Part shown: piece after piece, positions 1 to 13,139 of the stretch
Numbering within the stretch: position 1 is the stretch's first letter
How the letters are laid out: each line of letters begins with the position of its first letter
Assembly: GCF_027921745.1 (NCBI RefSeq)
Contig: NC_079239.1
Coordinates: forward strand, 2,108,001 to 2,172,000
DNA: 64,000 nt
Reading direction: 5' to 3'
Source: Schizosaccharomyces osmophilus
Lineage: Eukaryota
Translations under genes and position numbers: made by a program
The notes under the pieces: generated by a model
What the model was told of the DNA's origin: nothing
Seen by the model: only the letters and a program-made list of their open reading frames with translations
Database searches by the model: none

Positions 1-165
1 AAGAAATAAAATAAACAACTTAACAAGATACCATCACTTCTTCATAAAAAGAATCATTAAGCAAAACCAACAACAATGACTCATAATTAAAAACCCATGT
101 TTTCACAATAAATTACAAAATTGCTCACAGAACGAGAGCCAAAGTTCCCTTTTCAGAAAACCTCT

Positions 166-2221
166 TTATACACCAACACTGGACTTTCTTTTTTTACGAA
201 CTTGAGAAGAAGGAGTATTCATAGGAGCCTTCTGCATTCCAGGCAATACCATATTGTTTGGATCAAAACTTTGACCTGTGGAAGCTTCTGGAGGAGAAGT
301 CAAATTAGAAATGTTCGTAAACTCATCAAAAACGGGATTTGATTCCGAAAAGGACTCTTCACTAGGAGCGACATTTAACACGCTCTCTAAATCAGAAGAA
401 ATAGGCATGTTGTAGTTGTTATTTAAAGAAGAAGAAGCATAGGCAGGATTTCCGCTGGAGTCACCTTTCACATCAGAAAGAGGGATCCCTAATATATCAG
501 CCAAAGCTTGAATATTTTGATCTTGCTTTGCGATCCCATCATTTACATTTGTGATTCGTTTCTGATCAGAAGCAAAACCTGGATAATAATTGGTAAGCTG
601 TTCCTTGTTTGGGTAAGACGTATAAGAGGGGTTCATGTTGGACAAGTAATCGTTACATGAATATGGATTCAAAGCTGACCTATTGGAGACAGCACTATCA
701 GCTGGATAACTATTATTTTGGGCACCATAAACAGGCATGCTATTTTGCTCAGGAGCAGGATCCACATTCGAAGGATACCCGGAATCTTGATAATCAAAAA
801 GCAAAGGAGACAGCGCGTTCATATTTTCATTGTCCACTGTTCCGGCATCATCTAGCATGTTGATGATATCACCCGTATTCGATAACTTCGATTCTAAACC
901 ATCATCTTCATTGGAATGAGTGGGCAATTCAGTGGATGGAGACCGATTTGGAGAGATGCCAGAATCCATTGTATTCGGAAGAGGTTCCACGGAATTCTTC
1001 CTCTGTGAATTTAACTCGTTCATTAAATTATGAGCATCCATATTTTTGGGAGATGCGGTATCAGACTTTGCTGCAGTAATATTGCTAGATGAGGCAGGAC
1101 CAGCTGACATAGATCGGAACCTTAATTCGGCGTCATTTTCCTGGTTTACGTTCGCAGGAGGAAACCCTGCATTAGTAGGTGTCACGTTGGAAGATGCATC
1201 AAAAGGAGAAGTACGGTTGGAGCTTAGGTTGGGATTTGAGTTTGGATTCAACGCAGAGGGGTATTTGGCTTCCAACAAAAGTCGGCGACTCTTGGGCATA
1301 ACTTTGCTTGCTGGCTTTTGTTTACCATCCAAGTACACGCTAGCAAGAAACCGAAGAATTTTATCAATAGTTTCCTGATGTCGACGTTGCCTCTCCCGGG
1401 TTTCGATGTTTTCTTGCCAAAGGGCAGCATTATCGACTTGAATTCGGTTTAGTTCGCTGGATAAATTCATTTGTTGATTTCGAATGTTCTGCAATTCCAT
1501 TGTAATTGTTGACATGTCTAATGAGTTAGCAGCATCGTCGGAAGCTTGAGAGCCACCCTTTTTTCTTGTAACGTAACATAAAAGTTCGGGTTGGTCGCGT
1601 TGAAAATTGGGATTGGCAAACTCAAGCAGCTCGTTGGGGCTGTCCGACTGCAAAACTCCCTGCTGAATATGAGGGACTTTATGAAAACCGTACACTAAAA
1701 TGACGTTAGTATCTTAAACACTAAGAGAAACATGGAGCCAAGCACCTTTGCGGAAATCAAAAGATCAAGAAAATCTCATCCCTAAATATTTTGGGACTAA
1801 GTTTGTCTGATCTTCTATAAGTACCTCATGAAGGTGCAATGGAAGGTCCTATTGCTTGCCAAACTCTTCAAATATACTTACTGTTTAACTGTCGTACAAA
1901 ACTCGAAAAGTTATTATGCTTGAAATACCGAGGAAGTACAAGTTTTGCGAAGTCCTCATGCCCGATGACGAAAAAGGAATCACCACGTTCGCTCCAGCGG
2001 ATGAGAGAGTCCGTCGAGGAATCGTTCACCATGTTGTATAGTTTATTGCTGAATTGAGTAATCTTTCTCGTTTGCGACCCAGAACTCGAACCAGCACCCA
2101 TGGAAGTTAAGGCATTACCGTTCGCTAAAGGCGTTTCAGCACCGGGAGAAGCACTCATTTCCACCACCTGATTCGCTCCATTAATATTATTGCTATTAAC
2201 TGAGGATGCGGACTGAATCAT
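166..2221 (-). CDS. hsf1: Heat shock transcription factor; exons 2221-1882 and 1694-166, intron 1881-1695
   Basis: HSF DNA-binding domain (FSNKLYNMV...[25 protein letters not shown]) is rejoined by a GTAAGT...CTAAC...TAG intron; a coiled-coil trimerisation region follows. Confidence 0.95.
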
Positions 2222-2793
2222 GAGAATCCTATCGCAAGTTCGCCAAGGACGCTATTTCAACTATTTGCAGAGTATCCAAGATTAGCTCCAACGTTGCTTA
2301 TCCCCTAACGAAAATTTTTAAAAAGCCTTTATTTCAAAATTTTGTTAATTGTAACGCTTCACAATTTGCTACTTCAAAGCAAATTATGCTTAAAACCACT
2401 TTTTCAGTTGTTGGCAGTTGTAGAGAAAAACTTTTTTTTTGATTAGTAGCCTGTGCCCTATTTTTACAATACCGAGAACAGTAAACGATGCTACTAATTA
2501 TTACGCAAAACACCGATGCGTAACGTACTCTTTCGTTTTGCTATTTGCTAAGTGAATAAAACACATTTTATAGAAAAGTGGAAAGACTCAATTATTATAG
2601 TCGGTCATTAGTAGGAAGCCATTATAAATAAAAAATATTATACAATTGAGAAGAGATGAGATGTACCGTATAAGTTTTGACAAGAAAGAATCTTGACTAC
2701 TTTCTCTGCGGTACCCCATTTAGCCAAAGTGTTGCAGAGATACAAAAGCAAACATGAACAGATGTGGTGTCGATCATGTTTTTCCGGATCCTC

Positions 2794-4899
2794 TTAAGCG
2801 TTCATTTCTTGATCAGAAGACGAAGCTTCCTTATCTTCATCAGTCTGCTCTTCTTCAAAATCCTCACCTAAAGCTGCCAATGTATGAATAGATGCAAACG
2901 ATTGATGCGACGGCCGAGAAGACGATGAGTGAACATCTCGTTCATGGAGTCTCTGAATCTGAAATCGGCCAGGGAAAGTGACATTAGATTCAGCACGGTA
3001 ATGAAGAGGGCCTTCGTTGCTAACGAGTGGATCGAGAATCTTGGAAATCGATGGCGTAATGCATTCACTTGCTCTTCTCTTAGAAGGTGAGCTTAGTTGC
3101 GGGGACAAAAAATCCAAATTGTTAAGTGCATCTCTTGAACCGGATGAAGCTCTTCTTGGCGTAGTTTGTTGTTTTATTGGATTCATTCCATGAGCTAAAG
3201 ACAAAATAAGAGCTTCCTCTTTTTCATCCCACCCCGAAAGTTGTTTCTCAACCATTCGAGCTGAAGAACTTGAAAAAGGAAACGATCGACCCACGGAAGA
3301 TAGGTTTGCTAGTGCAGAAGCGGCATCTTTTTCTTTTCTGCTTGAAAAGCTACTTTTTCGTTTTCCTGAAGGAGTATGTGTAGGGGAAGGAGTTTTTAAA
3401 TGGGAAGCATCTTGTAACTGTATTGATTGCAATTCCGTCGAAATACTTTGTCTTCCTATATTTTGGGAAGCATCTTCCATAAATGTATCCTCATTTGATT
3501 CTTCTTTAACTGGTGCATCTTTCTCTTGAGTATCAAGTGTGACCCTTTTTATTTCTGCAGCCTTTTCTGCTCCTAAATCACTTTTGTCTCCAGTACCGCC
3601 AGCTTTGTCACTATCCATTTCCACGTCAGAATCGTCCAACTTCACCGGACTTTTTGATTTGGTTGGTGGTTCTTCTTTTCCAACGATGGCATGCTCCATT
3701 GTAGCAGCGTCCTTGTTCATGGACGGTGTATGTTCTTCTTTTCCAACGACGGCATGCTCCGTTGTAGCAGCATCCTCATTCATGGATGGTGTATGTTCTT
3801 CTTTTCCAACGACGGCATGCTCCGTTGTAGCAGCATCCTCATTCATGGATGGTGTATGTTCTTCTTGGTTATTTGTTTCATCCGCTGCTTCTATATCTAC
3901 CATAAGCGCAGAACCCTTGGACTTTTTCTTAATGCCTCGCTGGCCTGGTGACATTTTCCTGCGGCGACGACCGCGCGTTTTCGTTGTGCTAGCTGCCAAC
4001 TCACGATAATTGTATTTCTTCTTTGTCAAGTAATAATGTAAAACGCATTCTTTTACATTTTTACCTGGCACAACCTCTGCTATTTTTCCAAATCTTTTCC
4101 CATGAAGCAGTAATTGCTGTACAAATATGGAATGCTGCTCTTCCGTCCAAATGTCAGAAGGAGAGTCGAAGTGATAAAAATCCAAGGAATTTCTAACAAG
4201 TCTGCTTTGATCATTAAAAAAGGCCGACTTGACGTCGTTTTCGGTTAAAATCATGTTCGGAATTTGAGCTAGTCCTGAATTCTTTGCAGCATTTTCAGCT
4301 TCCTTTTCTTGTTGTTCCAAACGAGCAAGAATTGCAAGAAATTCTTCTTCAGAGTGAACGATGTCTCCTGCAGTGAAGTTACTCATTACCTTACGAGTAC
4401 TCCTCTTCACAGAAGGCTCCATTCTTTTAGAGCCTTTCATTTTATCAAGCTCTGTAAATCTGTCGACACGAAGCATATTTTCTTCCCATCTGTTTGCTAG
4501 TTGATTCCAGGTACCTTTAAGGTGTTTAACTTTTGTATCTAATGCTTTTCGTCGACTGCGTAAGACGTTTACAAAAACGTGCTTATGCTCATGAAACTTT
4601 TCCATATTTTCTTCATAAAAACCATAATCTTTAACCTTTCTATAAATACTTGTTGGTTCTCCACCGTACACGTTTTTGATGTACAATGACTGTAAAGCTT
4701 TCGTATCGGCATTATCGTCTAATACATACGTTAATCGTTCGGAATTTGTAGGAGACTGCGTTACAGAAGTGTTTGTCTCTGAATCCTCATCTTCACGATG
4801 CCCGTACGACTCATTCACTGGTAATGGCTCCGGAGGACGGTCAGATGAATTCGGTGTTACCCTTGTTGAGCTAATTGCCTCTGAAGTAGTCGAATCCAT
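2794..4899 (-). CDS. snt1: SANT-domain subunit of the Set3 HDAC complex (NCoR/Snt1-like)
   Basis: 701 aa ORF with SANT motif WTEEQHSIF...HGKRFGKIA...KNVKECVLHYYLTKK; synteny. Confidence 0.85.
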   Translation of the reverse strand: MDSTTSEAISSTRVTPNSSDRPPEPLPVNESYGHREDEDSETNTSVTQSPTNSERLTYVLDDNADTKALQSLYIKNVYGGEPTSIYRKVKDYGFYEENMEKFHEHKHVFVNVLRSRRKALDTKVKHLKGTWNQLANRWEENMLRVDRFTELDKMKGSKRMEPSVKRSTRKVMSNFTAGDIVHSEEEFLAILARLEQQEKEAENAAKNSGLAQIPNMILTENDVKSAFFNDQSRLVRNSLDFYHFDSPSDIWTEEQHSIFVQQLLLHGKRFGKIAEVVPGKNVKECVLHYYLTKKKYNYRELAASTTKTRGRRRRKMSPGQRGIKKKSKGSALMVDIEAADETNNQEEHTPSMNEDAATTEHAVVGKEEHTPSMNEDAATTEHAVVGKEEHTPSMNKDAATMEHAIVGKEEPPTKSKSPVKLDDSDVEMDSDKAGGTGDKSDLGAEKAAEIKRVTLDTQEKDAPVKEESNEDTFMEDASQNIGRQSISTELQSIQLQDASHLKTPSPTHTPSGKRKSSFSSRKEKDAASALANLSSVGRSFPFSSSSARMVEKQLSGWDEKEEALILSLAHGMNPIKQQTTPRRASSGSRDALNNLDFLSPQLSSPSKRRASECITPSISKILDPLVSNEGPLHYRAESNVTFPGRFQIQRLHERDVHSSSSRPSHQSFASIHTLAALGEDFEEEQTDEDKEASSSDQEMNA
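3670..3866. repeat. In-frame tandem repeat, 63 bp x ~3.1 (EEHTPSMNEDAATTEHAVVGK), inside snt1
   Basis: Unit ttcttcttttccaacga... starts at 3670, 3733 and 3796, with a partial copy at 3859. Confidence 0.95.
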
Positions 4900-5377
4900 T
4901 AATTTAATATGTTTTATACTATTTACAAAGCGTTAATCTCAATTTAGAGCCCAATTTTCCAAAATCCTTAACATTGACTGAAAAAGGATGTTGGATGCGC
5001 CGAGTAAGAAGTATCCAACATGAACAAAAGTCGGTAAATTTACGGAACGACATACTCTGACAATGAAATGCGAAATTACATTTATGGAAGGAGACTCCCT
5101 TCAGAAGAATTTCAACTAACTTGTCTACCATGGTTTCTTAGTTTGAGTCAGTCGTATTAGCCAAATAAGAACTTGTATCTGCCTACTAAATTCAACATAG
5201 AAAAAAGTTATAAACATTTTGAGGAGTCTAATCAACTTTTTCAGCTACAAACTGATTTCTATCTTATATGTATGATCAGGAGAGAAAAACGGAAAGAAGA
5301 CGTTTTACGAAAAGCTAAAATATTTGTAACTAAATGAATTAAATAACCAAACAATATAAAAAGAAATAAAAAACCCT

Positions 5378-6416
5378 CTATTTCCAAGATTGGTCCCAGT
5401 TTTCTAACCATTTTGTATACCATGGAGTAGAAGAATCTGTATCGAACTCAGAAATACAAGTCTGAGCAAGTTCTCTTCCGCAAGAAGCAAGCAAATCTAA
5501 CTCATCTTTGGTATTATCAAAGTCTTCTTGAACCTGCCCGACTACTTCGTCTATTGCTTCTGAAGTGTGCTTCATTTTTTCGTACAAATCATCCAAGTAG
5601 AGGAAGGAAGCCGTTTTCGGTAATCTGTGCTTCTTTATAGAAATAAACAAAATTTTGCATGCATTCAACTGCCTTAACAATTGTTTTGCAAATTCAGCTT
5701 GTCCTTGAGTCCGCTTTTCAGAGGTTAAGTTTTCTTCTTCCTCCTGCCCCTCTTTCTCATCTTCATCTTCACTGCCAAAACTATCCCAATTGGAGCTCTC
5801 TCCTGCTTTCCAGTCTTCCATGTCGCTCACGGCGTCCTCCAACATGGATACAAAGTTTTCCCATTCTTCAAGTACATAACCCAAGGCACCTTCTCTTCCT
5901 AGTTTTTGGAGTTTTTCGCAAGATTCCCACAACATTCCAGTAGTAACTAAACGTCCTCGAGTTTTCCAAGCCTCTGTAACGTGTGCTAAAGGTTTTGGTG
6001 AAACACTTCTCAGCAAGCATTCTATTCCCAATAAAATCCGTTCTACATGCATCTTTAAACGTTCATAAACAATTTTTCCATATTTCTCAACAGTATAAAT
6101 CTGCAGAGTAGCAATCAAAGGCGAAACCATGTTGGACATATCATTTGAGTATTTTTCCAACGCATCTTTGGTGATTGGGGGTCTTGCAGCAATCGAGAGC
6201 TTCGTGGTATATTGATGAATCATTTCTCCTATAGAATCGAGCATAGAAAGCGGACTATTATCAAGCTCGACGGGCAAATCTAACTTGTCTATGGCGCCGA
6301 CTGCTTTTCGCGCGTTTACCACAATTCCCAATACTTTGTTGAGGGATTCAACGATTCCATCTTATTGTTTAGTTAGTGAAAATGTGTTTTTTTTTTTTTT
6401 TTTCCTTACCATCCAT
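5378..6416 (-). CDS. Conserved protein, probably CCNDBP1/GCIP-like; exons 6416-6410 and 6360-5378
   Basis: ATG GAT G|GTAAGG...CTAAC...AAG splices in frame to the 317 aa ORF; TGMLWESC motif and an acidic tract; synteny. Confidence 0.7.
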
Positions 6417-6845
6417 GCCATTGTCTACCATTGTTGTCCTAAAGACTGTTTTGTTAAAAATAGGCATTTGCCTGAGTGTACTACAAAGAGGCTCCCAGTC
6501 AATTCACAAGGTCTGTCTTACAAGCAAGTCAAACGAATAACGAGTCAGAAAGAAAGCGGTGAAATAAAAGTAAAGAAAAAATTCCTGGCATTCAAATCTA
6601 TAGTTAAGGATTTATTTTGTTTTTCAAAGACACCGTTGTTTACAAACACGATTTGAAGGCAAAGCGAAACCAAACCATCGCAAAACCAAGTCAACAATAA
6701 TACATTGATATCTTAATTAAATTCTATTTCAGGACGGACTGGATATCAAGATTACCGGTTTTTACCTTGACCGTTGAAGTACGATTGCTAACGCCTTTCG
6801 AAGTATCCATTCACCCTCCAGCGGCACTCCAAGTGAGAATAGAAA

Positions 6846-8472
6846 ATGACTGCTACGAAGGAAGAATCTCAAATAATTTTAACGACTTTACGTTCACAAA
6901 GAGATAATAAAGTAGGAAACTGTTCTTTATTGCTGTATACTGAGTGGAGTAGCTAACAAGATAGGTTTGCTTTGATTGTGGAGCAAAGAATCCAACATGG
7001 AGTTCTACGACATTTGGAGTTTACTTGTGTCTTGATTGTAGTGCTTCACATAGAAATATGGGCGTGCATATATCGTTTGTAAGGTATGAACATTTTCGAG
7101 ACTAGGTTGGGCATTCGGCCTGTACCAACAGCAAAAGGGTACTGCTAACACTATATACAGATCAACGGTTTTAGATTCCTGGACATATGCACAGCTTCGA
7201 GTTATGCGTGTAGGTGGCAACGAAAATGCACGCAGTTTCTTCAAGCGTCACGGCGGTGTTTCCCTTCTAAACTCCAAAGATTCAATGATCAAATACTCCT
7301 CAAAGACTGCCAAGTTGTACCGGAAAGAATTAGAACGTCTCGCTACTGAAGACGAAGAATTAAATCCAAATATAGTAGACATGAGCTCCATTGGCGGTGC
7401 CTCCGAAAGCAATGCTTCGTTGGGCAAAAATGCAGATGAAGAGGATGATTTCTTTTCAGCATGGGACAAGCCCACAGTAAAAAAAATTGATTCTGAAGTG
7501 TCTTCACCGGATCCTGCTGCATCCTCGTCTTCACCCTTGCGGAACGATGTTGCACCTGCTTCCTCGGATCATATTAGCAAAGAAGACCTTTTGGTGGATT
7601 CTTCCATTCCTTCTTCTATTTCTTCGCTTGCTTCTTCAAATACAAGTGTTCATACCACAGACTCAAAACCGAAGCCGTCGAGAACTTCTTCTTCTACCTC
7701 TAAACCTGTGCGTTCCACTCGCCCTGTTATGTCAAAAACAAGCTCTTCATCTACCACTCGATTTTCCCGTCCTCAATTAGGCATCAAGAAGGTGAATGCG
7801 GATATCGACTTTGACGAATTTGAAAAATCAATTTTGTCTGGTAATTCTGATAAAGCAAATGGGAAGCATACAGCTCCTCAGCCGACAGCTGTTGAGCCTG
7901 CTTCAACCTCAAAAGATTTTGAAGCTCCCTCCGCTGCAGACGAGAGCGAAAAGCCCGAAGCAAAGAAGGAACCTATTGTTCAGACGAAAGCACCAAAGAA
8001 TGAAAAGCCTAAGGAACCTACAGCTGACTTGGATTCAAGCTTCTCCCGCTTGGGATTTGGTCAATTTGCAGCCGCGTCCAATGCTCGAGCAAAAGCTGCT
8101 GCGAAGACTCGTGAAACCAAAAAGAAGGAATTGCACGCTCCCACCTTTGCACGTGACAAGTTTTCAGGCCAAAAGGCTATTTCATCTGACCAATACTTTG
8201 GGCGTGGCACTTATAATGCAGAAGCTGCTGCAGAGGCTCAAGAGCGATTGGCTTCGTTCCGTAGCGCCACTTCCATTTCTTCCAAGTCATACTTTGGCCA
8301 GGAAGATGAAGAAGAAGATGAATTTGAAAAAGCCCCCAAATCCGACGACTATTTTCGCAACCTTGCAGAAACTGCCTCTGAGGACGTTGAGGCTTTGAGA
8401 GACGCGTTTCAACAAGGAGCTGAAAAATTTACAGACTTTCTACAAAAGTTTGGCTCACGATACAATTTTTAA
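6846..8472 (+). CDS. glo3: ARF GTPase-activating protein; exons 6846-6911, 6965-7083, 7161-8472
   Basis: Spliced ArfGAP zinc finger [13 protein letters not shown]...[27 protein letters not shown]-terminal [11 protein letters not shown]lo3 motif. Confidence 0.93.
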
Positions 8473-9441
8473 TTTTGTTTAATTATTTTCCCGAAAGGGA
8501 TGATTAGTCTTTTTATATCCAGAAATGAATCATCATTTCCTACCTTTGATATTCAATTTTTGTTTTGTGCTTAAAAAACTCCTTGCTCTTTGACTTCTTT
8601 GTTATATCTGCTTGATAAGCCGTCTTTTTATACTTACCGGAAAGTTCTTTTGCCAAAAGTTGATTCAGGAATATATTACATAATTTACTCCATTACAGAA
8701 TGGAGCCCAAAGGTTTTCACAATCTTTTCGCCTACGCTGTAGATTTACCAAATGTACATACATACACGCAACAGGACCGAAAATTGAAAGCTCGCTTTCA
8801 TTGATACAAAGTTTGGTTAATGAAAATACCTAAAGCTCCTTGTTTCTCATCCTCAGTGTTCACTGTACGAGCGTATATCATTTTTACTTCGGATTTATGA
8901 ATTCAGCAATCGTGAATGTATGTCCAAACAAAAGTGCTATTGCTATTAGAGCCTCTTTCAGATTTGCGCATTTTCCTTGAAGTTTCCCAGGTGTCAAATA
9001 GGTTTTAGATTTTGAGTTTTCACTTTCGTACACTTGAAATGTTTGTCTAATCGTTAAATGCAGATTTTATGTTCAAAAGATATAAGTATTTATGAAACTC
9101 CTTCCATATACTAGCCGTAAATCCATTTCTTTCTTGTTTTTATTCTTATAAAGATCCTGGTTCATCTTTTGTTTTGGATTCTATTCTTTTTTAAAGCTAA
9201 ACTTCCATAATTGTAGAATTCTTTTGTTTACATACTGGTGAACTGTCTCTCCCTTCCCAATATACAGAAGTTGAGACCACGAAGGGTTTATTCTTCAACA
9301 ACTAAGAGCAAGGACAGGACGGTTTCATAGGAATCCCGATATTTTGGAAAGAATATTTGAATGAGCATAGTTATCAAGTATAATTAGGAAAGTCTGTACC
9401 GTACTGCGGATGATGTCCACGAAGCTTTTCAAATCCACAGA

Positions 9442-12253
9442 ATGCCATCTTCAAATTCGGGAAATGTAAGGTTTTGCTGAACGAAAAGAACATAGGAGCT
9501 AATTATTATTTCCAGGAGTTACTATTAAGATTCTTTGAGTCTGCTCATTTTACAAGTCAGCTATGTGTAGCATATCTTTCGCGGTATCCCAATAATATTG
9601 GTATCCATCACTTTTTGTGTGAGAAACTCGCATCGTAAGTGAAAAGAACACTAGAACATTGTTCAATCTAACGATTTTAAGCTTTTCGTATGAAGAAATT
9701 GAATTCTTTATCCCTCAGCTAATGTATGTGTATCCGGTTGACTTAAAAGACAGAGAAAGTGTGCAGGATCCGCAAGGTCGAAAAGGAAAAAACGATTTTA
9801 GTCAATAAAACCTTTAATAGTTTTTTATGGAGCGTCTTTCCTTTCTGCTCATTTGTTGAAATCTATACTTTAATTGTATTACTTACTAACACAATCATAG
9901 CCATCTTGTTCTCAACAAGGATGCTGAAAGCGTTGCTTTAGAGGATTTTATTATAAATGAATGCGAAAAAAACACACAATGTGCACTTATAACATTTTGG
10001 TACCTACAGGCTCATATGGTAGACTTAAGTTTACTACCACGCTCAACGTCTTTCAAAATATGCAAGCGTCTTTACAATCGTATACAAGTTTTGGTTTTTA
10101 TGTCATCTTCCTTTCAATCACAGCAAAAAATTTCAGAAAATGTTTCGCCGGCACTGATACTTTCTGGACTTATGCTTGGTGGAGTCCTTGTCCCTGAACT
10201 TTTAAAAAAGGTAGGACCTATAGCCATAGCTCAAGGTCGTAAGGCACCGCGGCAAGATTCCGAAGAGTCGGGTACGGATGTTTTACATCGTTTGTCCGCA
10301 GAGAGTCGATATTCCTTTGATATCGTTCAGAACTCAAAAGCACCGTCTATGGATTCTCAAAATTCAGGATATCTTTTTCCTACAGTATCTCCACTCGTCC
10401 GGACTCATTCGCACCAAAGTTCAGGTGCTCTGTCTGTTGATGAACAACGTAGATTGCTACGTTCTAATTATTTTCAGCAGGAGATTCAGTTTCTGTTTGC
10501 TTTGCAAGATATTTCCATCCGACTTATTATCGTTCCACGACAAGCACGACTTTCATCACTTCGAGCCGAGCTGGCTTTGCTCAATAATAGCCTACCTGCC
10601 GACGTCAACGTCCCGATCATGCGGCCTTACTACAATGAAGTCAGCCACAAAATAGTGAGAATTGACCCCAAAGAAGCTACGATTCTTAATTCAGCTGAAC
10701 GTGTACCCTATCTAATTTATGTGGAAGTACTGTCCGGCGAACTTAACTTCGAACCAAATTCAAAAAATAATATTGGTAAAATTCAGAAGCTTTCCTCACA
10801 TAAGAACGTTAAGAGACGGTGGTTTGACTTGACGGACGTTAATCCAACATCGGCACATAACGATAACCTGAATGCAGAGGGCTCCGAGTCGGAAAGCGAA
10901 GCTGGCGATTTGAGCATGTCACCGTTAGTTAGCAAGCTGATTCCACCCAATATTGTCGCAAGTAAATCTTCTTCCAACATTCAAGCTTCCTCTTCTACGA
11001 TGCACAAAGACACAGATGTTCTGTTAGTACCCGGTAGACACTCAGATTCTGGAGAACACTTTGTGACTAAACGGAACAAAGCATATGCTTCCGAAATAAC
11101 CACCAGAATGCGCGCGGCTGCAACCATGCTTAGCCAACTAGATATTGAGGGTAGCAAAAGGCCAAAAGCTGAGACAGAAAGAATAAAAGCCAGCATTATC
11201 TTGGATATGCAACATTTAGAAGAAGAAAGACTCAATGAGCCACTGACATATCCAGTTTCGGTCGATATCTCTTGTGCCGAGGATTTACGTTCAAATAAGG
11301 ATGATCAAAATCAAGATAGAAAGGGTGATCGGGATGATCCGAGTGCTGCAACTTTTCAAGAAGATTGGTATACCAAGAAAGAGAGAATCCGGAAATTCTC
11401 TCCTTATGGACATTTACCTAACTGGGATCTGGTCAGTGTTATCGTTAAAACGGGTGCCGATCTACGTCAAGAGACTTTTGCATGCCAGCTTATTCACGCG
11501 TTTCGTAAAATTTGGCAAGAAAGCAAAGAAAAGTTATGGCTTCGTAGAATGAAAATTTTGGTCACTGGTGATAGCAGTGGTTTGATTGAGACCATCACAA
11601 ACGCAATCAGTGTGCATTCTATTAAGAAGAATTTGACGCGAGAAATACAAGAAGCTGAAATGACTGAAGGAAAAGTTCCCAGTAAAGGGGTGGCTACTCT
11701 GAAAGATTACTTTGTAAAGCGTTTTGGACTTCCCAATTCTGACCGTTATTATCAAGCCCAAACAAACTTTATGCAATCGTTAGTCGCTTACAGCATCATA
11801 GCATATTTATTACAGTTAAAGGACAGACACAACGGAAACATTTTGATTGATAGTGACGGTCATGTTGTACATATTGATTTTGGATTTTTATTAACGAATA
11901 CACCTGGCAACGTTGGATTTGAAAGTGCACCATTCAAATTGACCGCCGATTACCTAGAAATTCTGGATGATCGTTTTGATGAATTTCGTTCATTGATGAA
12001 GAAAGCATTCAAGTCAGTACGTAAACGTGCGGATCAAATTATACTATTAGTAGAAGTCATGCAGAATAACTCTTCGATGCCATGCTTTCGAGGAAAGGAG
12101 AATACCAGTGCACAGCTTTTACAACGATTCCACTTGCAACTCAGTGAAAAAGAGTGTGATGATTTTGTGGATTTACTAATTCAAAAAGCCAACTGCAGTG
12201 TATGGACGAGACTTTATGATCTATTTCAAAGCATTACTAATGGAATATTCTAA
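9442..12253 (+). CDS. pik1: Phosphatidylinositol 4-kinase; exons 9442-9465, 9516-9634, 9682-9723, 9901-12253
   Basis: Spliced N-terminus LLLRFFES...IEFFIPQL; kinase motifs VKTGADLRQE, LKDRHNGN, HIDFGF, FESAPFKLT. Confidence 0.95.
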
Positions 12254-13139
12254 TAAAAAGCTACTTTCTTTTTTTGCATTCGTTCCCCCGTTTGCTAAAA
12301 AGCTAATGAGAAAATTTCGTGAAACGTTCATAAATGAAGGTTTTTTTAACCTTTCGAGAAAGAATAAATATGACTACATTGTGATGAATGCAACGTACTT
12401 TGTGAAATGTATATTGAGATATTCAGTTGCTTTGAATCGTGTAAATCCGGGAATCTGCAAAAATTTAATTACTGATCCGCCTAGTCTGAAACATGCTACT
12501 CGTGATATTCATGACCTACATAGCCTTTTAAAGAAATATCTCTTAGCTACCGATTTTTTAACTTAAACTTATTCTTTCTTTGTTCTTTTTGCATTAAATG
12601 AAATTTTATTTTTCGTACTATGATCGACAGTCTCGTCGCTGTATTTCATTATATGGAATCTTTGGATTGAGCAATCTACATTTACACATACCAAGGAATA
12701 TATCCAGTGGCATTCTTTTTTCTGAAACCCCTGTTTTTATGAAAGAAAGACTTTGTAATTGAGGAAATAAATACAGGAAAAAATAATTCAGTCAATACGG
12801 CCTGACGTTAACTTGAAAAAGTTTTGATGAACAAGAATTGAGCCATTGCGCAGAATTTGTACATCGTATTTCATGAAGAGTTAAGCAAAGGTCCTCTTTT
12901 TTCTGTATTTATTCGAATAATAGGTTTTTTAGTAACTGTTGGCAATATTTTCGTTCTCTAGTTTGGCTGAATCACAAGAATACAAATTGCATATAGAACT
13001 TGAGGACATCTACAGTTGCATTCAACTAGTATTGAAATAAAGAAGCACTTTTAAAGTCTTCTTACTTAAATTCGTTTTTATTATCCCTGTTTGAGAGCTT
13101 TTTTCCCTTATAGCTACTTTGAATGAAATAGGTATCATC

